This document shows, piece after piece, positions 24,101-35,228 of a DNA stretch of 64,000 nucleotides. Positions within the stretch are counted from its first letter, which is position 1, and each line of letters begins with the position of its first letter. The stretch is from Piromyces finnis finn (Eukaryota; Fungi; Neocallimastigomycota), in contig MCFH01000087.1 of the NCBI GenBank assembly GCA_002104945.1, forward strand, positions 65,308-129,307, given 5' to 3'. A model generated the notes under the pieces. That model saw only the letters and a program-made list of their open reading frames with translations. It ran no database searches and was not told the DNA's origin. A program made the position numbers and the translations under genes.

Positions 24101-25507
24101 TTATCTGAATATGTGAACGACTCTTTTTACATTGACATTTGCAATTTTCTTGAAAATAAGAATCTCCCAGCTCCACATCCACAAAGTAATAAATTCTCCC
24201 TTAGTAATAGTTTTCTTCTTTTTGATAGTAGAATCTATGTCCCTTTAAAATGCCGTCCCTCCGTTTTGAAACTCTGTCATGATTCCCCCTCTGCCGGTCA
24301 TTTTGGTATCCGCAAAACTATTTCTTTGATCTCTCGTGACTTTTGGTGGCCATCCATTTCTATTGATGTTAAGAATTATATCCGATCTTGCGAGATTTGT
24401 TGCCGCTCCAAGCCTTCTCGTCATAAACCATATGGTTTACTTCAACCCCTTGAGATTAGTGACCATCCTTGGGCTTCTATTTCTATGGATTTCATTACTG
24501 ACCTCCCTCCTTCGGATGGATTTAACACTATTCTTGTTGTAGTTGACCGCCTTACTAAAATGTGCCACCTCATTCCCTTTAAAGGTATTCCTTCTGCTTC
24601 TGATACTGCTTTTGCTTTTTTGAATTATATTTTCAAAATTCACGGTCTCCCCTCTGAAATTATTTCCGATAGAGGCGCGCAATTCACTTCGAAATTTTGG
24701 AAATCTATTTGTCAATCTTTGGACGTCAATGTTAAATATTCTTCACCATATCATCATCAATCCAATGGCCAAACGGAGAGGGTAAACTCCGTTGTTGAAC
24801 AATATTTAAGATGCTTTTCTAATTATAAAGGAACAAACTGGATCAACTTTCTTCCATTGGCAGAATTCAGTTACAATAATGCTGTTCAAGACTCAACAAA
24901 ATTCTCACCATTCTTCCTAAATTATGGTTATCACCCAAAATACTCTCCGGTAATTCCTGACCAAACGAATGTTCCAAGAGCTGAAGAGTTTACAAGAGAC
25001 TTTGAAGACCTAATGGAGAAACTAAAAGAAAACTTAAAGAAGGCCATCCAAGTTCAAAAGAAATATGCCGACAAGTATAGACAAGAACCTCCGACATTCA
25101 AGACTGGTGACAAAGTATGGTTGGATAGCTCCTTGATAATTCATAAAGGAAATAAAAAATTTAATCCTAGGAAACTTGGCCCGTTTAGGATAATTAGTAA
25201 AATCTCTAATCTCACTTATAAATTAGAATTACCAAAATCGCTGAAGATTTACCCAATTGTTCATGTTTCAAACCTAGAACCGTATTATGAAGATAGTTTT
25301 GGAAGAATCAAAGATCCACCTCCACCTATAATAGTAAATGAAGAAGAAGAATACGAAGTAGAAGAAATACTTGATAAAAGAAAGCATTATGGGAAGATTC
25401 AATATCTAATAAAATGGAAAGGTTATCCGCTTTCAGAAGCATCTTGGGAACCTGAAAGTAATTTAAACTGCGATGAACTAATTAAAAACTTTAATAATTC
25501 ACATTAG
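21143..25507 (+). CDS. Gag-Pol polyprotein with C-terminal chromodomain (element D, 1454 aa)
   Basis: CVYCGSPGHQLKDC knuckle, LIDSGS protease, YIDD RT, ETDSSNFAIG RNase H, CHDSPSAGHFG…CEIC and [10 protein letters not shown] integrase, [10 protein letters not shown]…YLIKWKGY…SWEP chromodomain. Confidence 0.97.
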   Translation: MEGQIFDNASLKDGFAGDRKYLKGFLAKIELVFLLYPERYQDEESKVIYLISRLYGNALNWAATLIDNHDPCLTNYQAFKERLKAFYGNNDAVYVANQMLRTLKQHRLGGIRGYILEFNKYSDESNWNEEAKMDAFIAGLNQEVAMKILEMFPGPRDLFSLQTIAARIDSRLATRGLFFDKNTKGPSSNSSNGSRKASTNLKEHPKKKRYFGPLSKEEKERRSKENLCVYCGSPGHQLKDCHKRRNKNSAFESLVSLQNNSTNSKKNQQDRVTSNFKLSFELDTKILIDSGSTLNLIDVDYCNDHNIPYHYEEDLPNVFGIGGSQKLFGVTPLLNLRYMDHLCRTVFYVTDLPVYPCILGLRWLKEHNPSIDFENNKLSFGSSYCLDHCMTLPSNVPEFHQETSVFSTDCNNSSSVSLPIFIDKPKSSFSNSKLSHSRNPKENRSKSVLINNESVNDPLSQETCTVMASNISLSKVDSCSPKNSFKDSNPTTKLPKELESYMDVFSESSAAQLPPHRPYDCQINLIENAKLFYGPIYPLTDEETRVLKDYIDENLKKGFIRKSKSPAGAPVLFVPKKNGELRLCQDYRELNKITIRDSYPLPLIQDMLEHLGKAKIFSKLDLRSAYNLVRIKKGDEYKTAFTCKFGHFEYLVMPFGLKNAPAVFQHFINDVLENILGIFVYSYIDDLIIFSENHKSHIKHVIEVLDRLRNAGLYAKLEKCEFFVSSIDFLGHRISSEGIHMDPNKVSAIINWPVPSSVKEVQSFIGLANYYRRFIPNFAKVAQPLHRLLRKNVKFDFSSEALDAFNTIKSLISSAPILSHPNRDLPFIVETDSSNFAIGAVLSQKSPDDKMIHPVAFYSRSLTSAERNYPIYDKELLAIVNALETWRHFLKGALTPFTIYSDHRNLLYQKKPEKMSQRLVRWALFLSEFNFKILYRSGSSNGKPDALSRRPDYMDSSLPSDAPFSVLRPENFCALICSISSLNDEILSEYVNDSFYIDICNFLENKNLPAPHPQSNKFSLSNSFLLFDSRIYVPLKCRPSVLKLCHDSPSAGHFGIRKTISLISRDFWWPSISIDVKNYIRSCEICCRSKPSRHKPYGLLQPLEISDHPWASISMDFITDLPPSDGFNTILVVVDRLTKMCHLIPFKGIPSASDTAFAFLNYIFKIHGLPSEIISDRGAQFTSKFWKSICQSLDVNVKYSSPYHHQSNGQTERVNSVVEQYLRCFSNYKGTNWINFLPLAEFSYNNAVQDSTKFSPFFLNYGYHPKYSPVIPDQTNVPRAEEFTRDFEDLMEKLKENLKKAIQVQKKYADKYRQEPPTFKTGDKVWLDSSLIIHKGNKKFNPRKLGPFRIISKISNLTYKLELPKSLKIYPIVHVSNLEPYYEDSFGRIKDPPPPIIVNEEEEYEVEEILDKRKHYGKIQYLIKWKGYPLSEASWEPESNLNCDELIKNFNNSH

Positions 25508-25610
25508 TAATAGTTATTAATTTAAAAAAAAATTAGTAATTGATAAGAGAAAAAGAGAATAGAAAATAGAAAATAGAAAATGAAAAAATATATTTATAAT
25601 TTAATATTCA

Positions 25611-25656
<46 letters not shown>

Positions 25657-25754
25657 TTCAAAATGTATTCACTCGTTTCAATTATTTCTTTTATAATAAA
25701 GTAACAAATAAATTTAGTTGATTCGTCTGGTATCCGAATCCTGGAGGAGGACCA

Positions 25755-26164
25755 TGTAACGAATCATAGAAATTAGTAACCTGTCTTAGTGGTTAGTAAC
25801 TAAGACCTTGGTTTGAACTACTCGAGTTCGAAACCTCATTAATATCTTTTTTTTTAATTATTAAAATATTTTATAACGAAATTTTACCAAAGAAGATAAT
25901 TTCTGATTGGCTTAAAAAATTAAGTTGTAAAATTTTTATAAATTTACTTTTAAAAACATTTATATAAATACGAGTGAAATTTCTCAAAAAATTATTTGGA
26001 ATTCGAGTTTTTATTAACAAAGAAATTTTATAATAAAAATAAAATTATTAAACACTAACCTGTTATAATTTTGTTAAGTGTTCAATAATAAAATTTTTAT
26101 TTGCTTTTATTATTTTCCTTTTTATATATTTGTGTTTTTATTTATTGAACATTAGTTCTTTACA
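25755..26164 (+). repeat. 3' LTR of element D
   Basis: Repeat of 20032-20440. Confidence 0.96.
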
Positions 26165-26193
26165 CTTATAATTTAATATTAAAATATCAAATT

Positions 26194-26574
26194 TGTAACG
26201 AAATATTATAATAATAAACACACACACTCTAATGTATCAAATATATGTATTTTTTTTTTAATAATGTTTATTTATTAAATTTATTATTATAATACGACTA
26301 ACTCGCTAGGTCAGTGTATTATCAAACTAAAGACGAAACAAAAAAAAACTAATTTTTATTAATTATTAATAAAAACACTAAAGAACTATTTTATCTTTCT
26401 TATTCTCTCTTTTATACATGAAAATTATTTTTTTTTTTTTTTTTTTTTAATACAATTTGATAAGTGAATTAATTACTTAATGATTGGTTATAAAAATATA
26501 ATTATGAAATTTTCATTAATCTAACCTTAATGATTTTCTAGTCTAACCCTTATCATTAGATATACCTCATTACA
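26194..26574 (-). repeat. 3' LTR of element E
   Basis: Repeat of 31299-31680. Confidence 0.96.
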
Positions 26575-26989
26575 AGCTCCTCCTCTAAATTCGGATTCCA
26601 GACGAATTTATAAGCTAATAATTTTTTTTTTTTTTTTTTTTTTTTTAAATAGGCAGTTGATTTCATATGAGAATTAAAAGGTGTGGTACAATGGTCGAGT
26701 AGTTGGCAATGAACTAGAAGGTTGTGGGTTCGAAGTCGGGGTTGGTAGAGTAACTTTGATGTAAGGCGGGTTGGCGCCAAGACTAAAGTATGTCCAACAA
26801 GTACTAGAGGTTTCATAGGCAAGGTTCCAATATGGCCGTTTGATAGTACTTGTTCTTGGTACGCTTGTAAGTCCAGTAAATCCCTATGGGAGCTTCGCCA
26901 AAACGGTATCGGTTAAGTTTATTCTAAAAATTAATATTCCCTCATTTGTGTCTAAAAATTAATGAAAATTAGTTAATTTTATTATTATT

Positions 26990-27029
<40 letters not shown>

Positions 27030-27034
<5 letters not shown>

Positions 27035-30000
27035 GGGTCTTGTTGAATTCTCTTAGCTTTGCTGGACAGTTCAGATTTTCTTCGGGTTCCCATGAGGCTT
27101 CTGAAATAGGATATCCTTTCCATTTGATCAAGTACTGAGTTTTGTTATAGCGTCTTCTTTTGTCCAGAATTTCTTCTACTTCGTATTCCTCCTCTTCGTT
27201 TATAATGACAGGTGGTGGAGGTTGAACTTTTCGGTTTGTACTTTTCCCTTCGAAGTAAGGCTCGAGAGATGATTTATGGAATACCGGATCAATCTTCATG
27301 TTACCAGGGAGTTTCAATTTAAATGAGACTTCTGATATTTGTTGTTCAATTTCATAGGGACCGAGTTTCCGAGGGGTGAATTTTTTATTTCCCTTAACTA
27401 AATTATTATTGATTAACCATACCTTTTCTCCTGGTTTGAATGACGGGCCTGGTTGTCTATGTCTATTGGCGAAATGTTCTTGTTTCTTTTGGGCTTCCGA
27501 AAGGTTTTTCTTGAGGGTGCTGATAATTTCTTTTAATTCTTTTGTGTATTCTTCAGCTCTTGGAACTTCACTTGTTGTTGGAATTGTTGGATTAAAATTA
27601 GGATGGAAACCATAGTTCAAGAAGAAGGGTGTTTGTTTTGCAGATTCTTGAACTGAATTATTGTAACTAAATTCAGCTAGGCTTAAGTATTCGATCCAGT
27701 TAGTGCCTTTGTAATTTGAGAAGCAGCGTAGATATTGTTCTACAACGGAGTTCACTCTCTCCGTCTGGCCATTGGATTGGTGGTGATAAGCAGAAGAGTA
27801 TTTCAAATCAATCTTGAGGGTAGCAAAGAATTTCTTCCAAAACTTTGAAGTGAACTGAGAACCTTGGTCGAGAACAATGTCGGAGGGGCATCCATGAAGT
27901 TTGAAGACGTTGTTAATGAAAGCTTCGGCAGCACGTTCAGCAGTGGGAACTTTTTCAAGAGGGATAAAGTGAGCCATTTTTGTCAATCGATCAATGACAA
28001 CGAAGATACAGGTAAATCCACGAGAAGAGGGGAGGTCAGTGATAAAATCCATAGCAATGGAAGACCAGGGACGTTCACCTAAAGGAAGAGTGGATAATAA
28101 CCCGTAAGGTTTATGTCTAGAGGATTTCGAACGACAGCAGACCTCACAAGAACGGACATAGTCCTTAACATCCTGATACATTTTGGGCCACCAGTAGTTA
28201 CGGGAAATCAAGGATAAAGTTTTTGAAATACCAAAATGGCCGGCAGCAGGGGAGTCATGACAAGAAGACAGAATTTCAACTCGGCAATCATTAGGAACAT
28301 AGATTTTATCTTGGAAAAGGAGGACGTTGTTACTAAGTTTGTAGTCAGAAGAACAATTATCATTGAGAAGTTGATTAGAAGTCTCAATGAAGAATTTGTC
28401 AAGTTTACAAGAGAGAGCAATTTTTTCAAGAAGAGAAGAAGGAGTGGATGAAGCAAAGCAGGAGCTGAAATTTTCGGGACGAAAGACAGAGTTATTAGAA
28501 TCGGAATTGCAAGAGTGAACAAGATAGTCAGGTCTTCTTGACAAGGCATCGGTTTTCCCGTTCGAGGAACCAGGGCGATATTCAATGACAAAATCGAATT
28601 CAGCAAGGAAAAGGGACCATCTAATTAATCTCTGAGTCATCTTCTCCGGTTTCTTCTGAAAAAGGAGGTTTCTGTGGTCTGATATAATTTTGAAAGGATG
28701 ATTCGCACCTTTCAAAAAATGTCTCCACACTTCTAAGGACGCGACGATAGCCAAAAGTTCTTTATCATAGATAGGGTAGTTCTTCTCCGGGTTTGTAAGG
28801 GATCTAGAAAAGAACGCAACAGGGTGAAGAATATTGTCGGACTTGTTGACTTGAGACAATACAGCACCTATGGCGAAGCTGCTTGCATCGGTTTCGACAA
28901 CGAAAGGTAGGTCAACATCAGGATATGCAAGGATAGGCTGACTAATAAAATGCTTAACCAAAGCATCAAAAGCATCTTGAGCGGTATCGTTCCAAACGAA
29001 GGCGGTGTTCTTCTTGCAAAGTTGGTGGAGTGGGTGAGCAATCTTAGCAAAGCCAGGAATAAATCTACGATAATAGTTGGCTAAGCCTAGGAAAGATTGT
29101 AGTTCATGGACCGATTTAGGAGTCGGCCATTCCGCAATGGCTTTCACCTTATTAGGGTCCATTCCGATACCAGAGGCAGAGATTCTATGACCAAGGAAGT
29201 CAAGACAAGGAGAGTCGAATAGACATTTTTCAAGTTTAGCGTACAGTCCGGCTTCTTCGAGTCTACGAAGGACTTCATTGACGTGTTCATGATGTTCGGC
29301 TATATTATCAGAGAAAATGATAATATCGTCAATATACGAAAAGACGAATTTACCGATAATGCCTTCAAGAACGTCGTTAATAAAATGTTGGAAGACTGCA
29401 GGAGCGTTCTTGAGACCGAAAGGCATTACCAGATATTCGAAATGGCCAAATTGACAGGTGAAGGCGGTCTTATATTCATCGCCTTCTTTGATTCTTACCA
29501 AGTTATAGGCGGATCGAAGATCTAACTTCGAGAACACCTTAGCTTTTCCTAGATGATCCAACATGTCTTGGATCAATGGGAGAGGGTACGAGTTCCTAAT
29601 GGTGATTTCGTTCAAGCGGCGGTAGTCGATACACATACGAAGTTCTCCACTCTTCTTCGGGACAAACAGAACGGGAGCACCAGCTGGCGATTTGGATTTG
29701 CGGATAAACCCCTTTTTTAAATTTTCATTAATGGTTTCTTCTAATACCTTTGATTCTTTCTCAGTAAGTCGGTAGATTGGACCATAAAACAAGTTGCTAT
29801 TTGGTCTCAGGTTGATCTCACAGTCGTACGGGCGATGAGGAGGGAGTTTATCAGCGAGCCTTTCCTCGAACACTTTGGAGTGTTGAGAGTAGTGAATTGG
29901 AATTTGGGGTGACTCAACTTCAGGTTCTTCTAAACAAGTGAATACATTGAAAGGGTATTCAGGTGTATTTCCAACTGACATTTCGTCCTTCGATTGGTCT

Positions 30001-31229
30001 TCGAGTTCAGAAGTGGTAGAGCTAGCAGATTCTTTCCTTAAGCAATTTTCCTTACAGTATTCAGAATGATAGGAAACGTCCTTACTAGCAAAATTGATTG
30101 TCGGATTGTGAAGGGCCAGCCAATCAGAGCCAAGAATACAACAGTAAGAAGGCAATTCTACGACGTAAAATTGTAACTGGCATGAGTGATTCATGTGTTC
30201 CACAGTTATAGGCCAAGTCTGGCCGATAATCTTTTGGTGACCTCCGATACCTATAATTTGTGGGCATTTTACTTTGGTAATTATAGGGATCTCATGGGCC
30301 TTAACAAAGGCGTGGTCTATCAAACAGAATTGTGAACCACTATCTAAGAGAACTTTAGTTCCGACAGATTTGTATGGAAGAACAACATCAACATCGATAA
30401 CAGTTTGAGGTAAAGAGGAGTTATCCGAAAGTCGAGTGGATTTTTCTTGTTCATTCAAAACATGGACCCCAGCATTATTAGTATGGTTTTCCTTTTTGGT
30501 TCTAATAGGGCATTCAGATAATCGGTGACCAGGTTTACCACAATATAAGCAGAGATTCTCTTTCATTCGGCGGCTACGTTCTTCACTTGAAATGGGGCCA
30601 AAATTATTTTCCTTCTTGGGCTGAGTGGATTTACTTGTAGATCTTTCTGAGGAGCGGGATTGGAAGCTTTGTTTAGAACGGAAACTTCTATTGGATCTTC
30701 TGTTTATTTCCTCTTGGTGGCATGCCAATCTACTTCCTATACGACTGGCTATTGTTTGTAAGTTTATCAAGGTAGAAGGGCCAGGAAACATCTGAAGGAT
30801 ATGGGTGGCGATTCTATCGTCCAACCCATCAACAAAAGCATCCATCTTGGCTTGTTCATTCCAAGTGGATTCATCAGCATAGTAGTTAAATTCCTTGATA
30901 TACTCTTGAGTATTGGATAGGCCATGTTGTTTGATCTTCTTGAGCTTTTGGTTGGCAGTATAGACCATATCCTGAAAACCAAAAGCAGCCTTCAGCTTTC
31001 CAACAAAGGCGCCATAATCCTGTAAGCAAGGATCATGGTTGTTAATCAAGGTAGCAGCCCAATTCATTGCATCCCCGTAGAGGCGACTAACGACGTAGAA
31101 GACCTTTTCTCCATCGTCCCTTCCTATTTCAGGATGGATCATAAAGATCATGTCCATTTTGGCTAAGAATCCCTTCAGGTAGCGACGGTTGCCATCAAAA
31201 CCGTTCTTCAAATCAGCAGAGTTATCCAT
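27030..31229 (-). CDS. Gag-Pol polyprotein with chromodomain (element E, 1399 aa)
   Basis: [41 protein letters not shown]…[24 protein letters not shown]…WKGY…SWEP. Homologous to D throughout. Confidence 0.97.
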
Positions 31230-31298
31230 AAAAAAAATTAGAAGTAAGCAAATAAACGAGGCACTGAGGTAGCGATCTTTTTCTTAGAGTGTTTTTAT

Positions 31299-31680
31299 TG
31301 TAACGAAATATTATAATAATAAACACACACACTCTAATGTATCAAATATATGTATTTTTTTTTTAATAATGTTTATTTATTAAATTTATTATTATAATAC
31401 GACTAACTCGCTAGGTCAGTGTATTATCAAACTAAAGACGAAACAAAAAAAAACTAATTTTTATTAATTATTAATAAAAACACTAAAGAACTATTTTATC
31501 TTTCTTATTCTCTCTTTTATACATGAAAATTATTTTTTTTTTTTTTTTTTTTTTAATACAATTTGATAAGTGAATTAATTACTTAATGATTGGTTATAAA
31601 AATATAATTATGAAATTTTCATTAATCTAACCTTAATGATTTTCTAGTCTAACCCTTATCATTAGATATACCTCATTACA
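31299..31680 (-). repeat. 5' LTR of element E
   Basis: Repeat of 26194-26574. Confidence 0.96.
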
Positions 31681-32715
31681 AAATTAAATAAAAGGTTAAA
31701 AGATAACTAGGTTAGAAAAAAAAAATGTTTTATTAAAATAATCTTAATTGATTTATAAATGAATAATTAAATTATGTATTATAGTTAAAATAATTCCTTT
31801 TTATTTTATTTAAAGAATATATATAATAATAAGATTATTTAATAGTAATACTTATTAAGTATTAATAAGATAATAATCTTTACAAAGATTTAATTCATAA
31901 AACTATTCTAAACTATTTATACTATTTGTAATTTTACATTTAATACTAAAATAACTTTTTAGTACATGATTATATTCATAATATATTTTATAATACTAAG
32001 GCTAAACTTAAGACTTACTACTAATTATTAAAAATAACTATTGTTTATAATATTCATAATATTAATTATTTCTTAATTATAATATAATTCATTGAATATA
32101 ATATTAATAATTATAATCCTCTAGTTCAAAGATTATAAATTATGTTGTTGAAATAATTATTATAAAATAAAGTTAATTAGTTCCGGAAAATAATTTTAAT
32201 TTAATTAAACAATAATTTTTTATACTTTGAGTGAATGATTTATGTTTGATATATCAGGGGTGATCATTCTCTGAATAAACAATTAATCATTGCTAACAAA
32301 ATATCTTTAAATTGGAATATCTCGTGAACCAGCAGAGATATTGACCTGATTTTAAGATATGTTGTTTGTCTCGAGCGTGGCTTTCTAACGAACTTAATTA
32401 TAACCAAAACATTTTTATTCAAAAATCGTCATTCGTTGAGGAGATACGCGTGTTTTTTCTTATTCCATTTTAACGATAAGGGTTAAAGTTATTTATTATA
32501 AAAATTATTAAGGGTTAAGGTCATATTTTAACCTTTTCTAAATTTTTAAATATTTCTTAATAAAATTTTATAATTTATTTGAAAATAAAATATTTGTTGA
32601 TTTTGAATTTTCATAAGTGATTTCACAATTCCAAGTGATCTTGAAATTGTAATTTCACTAGTATTCGTGACAAAATCCTAAAATTCTAGCTAATTCAACT
32701 ATTTATGTTCATTCC

Positions 32716-33269
32716 TTAACAACGAATCTATTAGATAATTAATATTGTCTTAATGGTTAGTATTTAAGACATTAATATGGATCACTCGGGTTCGACTCAC
32801 ACCTTGATCCGAAATCTATTTTAGATTATTTGTTTAACAATTTAATTTACGACTCATAGAAACTTATAGAACTTATTCGAAAAAGAATAAGTTCGAATAT
32901 TCGAAAAATCAAATATTTTTTGTAATTTTATCACGGGATTCATTTTATGCAATTTTTAATTAATTTAAAGAACAATCTAGAAAGATAATTAAAATTTTTG
33001 ATTTAGCCACATCAGATTTAGAAAAAGTATAAATAGAAGTGGTTTGAATCGAAAATTAAAAAAATTGTGTTTTTATTAACTATTAACTTTTAACTTTTAA
33101 ATTTTAAAAAAAAAAAAAAAAAATATTTATTATTAAAAAATAATTTAAATAAAAAATAATTAAAAATTTTAATAAATAAAATTAATTGACTTATTGGGAT
33201 CAAAATTATTATCTATATAAAGTTTATTAATTACCACATTATTAAATACTTATATAGATACGCGTTACA
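32716..33269 (+). repeat. Old LTR remnant F, distantly related to the LTR of D
   Basis: AACGAATC start, GTCTTAATGGTTAGTATTTAAGAC hairpin, GGGTTCGACTC and TATAAATAGAAGTG parallel the D LTR. Ends in CGTTACA. Confidence 0.55.
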
Positions 33270-33972
33270 ATATCAAAAACTTATATATTTATTTATTATT
33301 ATTTATGAATATTTTTATCAGCTACCACTAAGTCGTATCTTAGGGGAGGAAATCTTGATAAATAATAATTATAAATATATTATAAACTTGATATTAGTAG
33401 AATATTTTATTATAAAAATAATTATTAAATAATTTTATATAGTTTATTATAAAAATATAATTTACATGAAATCAAATATTTTATAAATTTATATATTTGA
33501 TTGGGTTAAATTATAAAAATCATTTTTAATATAAAGAATAATAATATTTTTTAGTACAAAATAAGAAGACTTAGATTATTAATAAGTAAAAATTTTAATA
33601 ATAGTTAATATAATTAATTAAATAATACATAATAATATTTAAAAGACAAAAATAAGTTTTTATATAATAAAAATTATTGTTAAAAAAAAAGTGTAAAAAC
33701 AATAAATAAAAGAAAATATAAAAACGAAATTAAACTTGTCTAATTTGTAATTATTGTGTTAATAATAAATAATATTTTATAGAATAAATCTGGTGCTATT
33801 ATTCTATATTAATATTATTAAAATAATAAAACTATTAAAATTATAAAACAAATTAAATTTATTAAATAAAACTAGTAGATATTATTAAAGCTCGTACAAT
33901 AACTGTCGAGATAAAACAATATAACAGAAGAAGTAGTTAAAAAGTTGTAATATAACTACCAATCAGTTATCA
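33270..33972 (+). mobile_element. Second copy of the element-B 3' end (86-bp 3' UTR, PPT and LTR 33356-33972)
   Basis: Aligns to ~10836-11538, roughly 90-95% identical by eye. Confidence 0.9.
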
Positions 33973-34585
33973 ATAATTTCTTGGAAAAGGTACAAAACCT
34001 TTATACGTTACAACAATTTTTATTTTTATATTTAATTTTGGTGTTATTGTAATAGAATAGATATCCTAATCTATTCTTTTAGTGTTAATATTACAGAAAT
34101 CAAGAGTTATTATTATATAAATTTATTAATAAATAAAGTATTAATTATTTTAAAAAGTAATGTTTATTTAACGTGTGTTTTTATATTTAAGTGTTAATAT
34201 TTAATATTTTTGTTTATTAGTATTTTTATATAATAAATTCGAAATTAATGTTTTATTTTCTTTCTCAAATTAGTAATAGTTAATTATTTAACTATTATTA
34301 ATTTGTAGAAGAAGTTATTTATAATTTATTTATAAGTAACTTCTTACATTTTGATACATGATAAAATTATATAGTTAAAAATATTAAACTTATATAGTTG
34401 AATTAAGGGTTAGGAATTATTTAATAGCTTAATTAGTTATTAACTAACCAATAAAATATTATAAAAATTTCATATAAAAGTAACAAAGAATAACTTTTAT
34501 TTAAAAGAGAGAGTTCTTTTATAAAATATAATTAATTATTGAGAATTTTTATAGTTATTTTAACTTAAATATTTTTATATTAAAT

Positions 34586-34915
34586 ATGAGAAAACAAAAC
34601 TATCTGACTAATCAACATATAAAGGAATAAAAGAACAAAGAATAAGTAATAAACTAGGATAACAAAATGTCTATGAAAAATATTCAAAATCAGTATTTAA
34701 TACTACCGAATCAAACAATATTAAGTTAAATATTATGTTATAAAGATTATAAAAAAAAACTATTATCTAATATAAGTTGTAGGTGTATGAGAAATATGAT
34801 ATAACAACTAACATTCAGATTATCAACTCTACTCGCTCAGTAACATGAGCATTAGTAGGGCCCCTTAAGAAGCTTCATTTATTAAATAAATGAAGGTACG
34901 TTCCCAATAGGGAAG
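34586..34915. repeat. Isolated copy of hairpin-rich repeat X
   Basis: Aligns to ~42330-42755 and, as reverse complement, to ~59525-59960. Confidence 0.8.
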
Positions 34916-35228
34916 GTTATATATGATAAGTATCTAATATTTTTGTTTTTAAAATATATTTTATTTTAATAATTTTTTTTACATTTATTTCATATTTATA
35001 GCAAATTTATTACATTATTATGCTACATCATTTCATTACATTATATAAATACTTTATATTACATTATAATTTATAATGTATTATATGATTTTTGTAATGC
35101 TAACAATTATTATAATTATTATTATTTTTATTTATATATATAATAGAATCACTTTTAAACCAAAACATTATAAATATATAAATATATAAATTGTATTATT
35201 TCATATTTTTGTTTAAAAATTTTCCATT

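Larger units (their letters stand above)
20032..26164 (+). mobile_element. Chromovirus (Ty3/gypsy) element D, intact single ORF
   Basis: LTRs 20032-20440 and 25755-26164 (TGTAAC…TTTACA) differ by one substitution and one T-run length. PPT GGAGGAGG at 25743-25750. No clean TSD (TATAT versus CTTAT). Confidence 0.95.
26194..31680 (-). mobile_element. Chromovirus element E, intact
   Basis: LTRs 26194-26574 and 31299-31680 look identical except for a T-run length. 5-bp TSD AAATT (26189-26193 and 31681-31685). PPT AGAGGAGGAG on the minus strand. Confidence 0.97.

Noticed and set aside
20026-26170. TTATA as TSD of element D
   Set aside because: It is offset by one base on each side. The true flanks, TATAT and CTTAT, do not match, so no TSD is claimed.
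26725-26745. GGGTTCGAAGTC as a tRNA B box
   Set aside because: There is no A box or cloverleaf, and it is a single occurrence inside the GC island of E.
32240-32460. GC-richer stretch after element E as coding sequence or RNA gene
   Set aside because: There is no sustained ORF or recognisable RNA motif, and its origin is unassigned.
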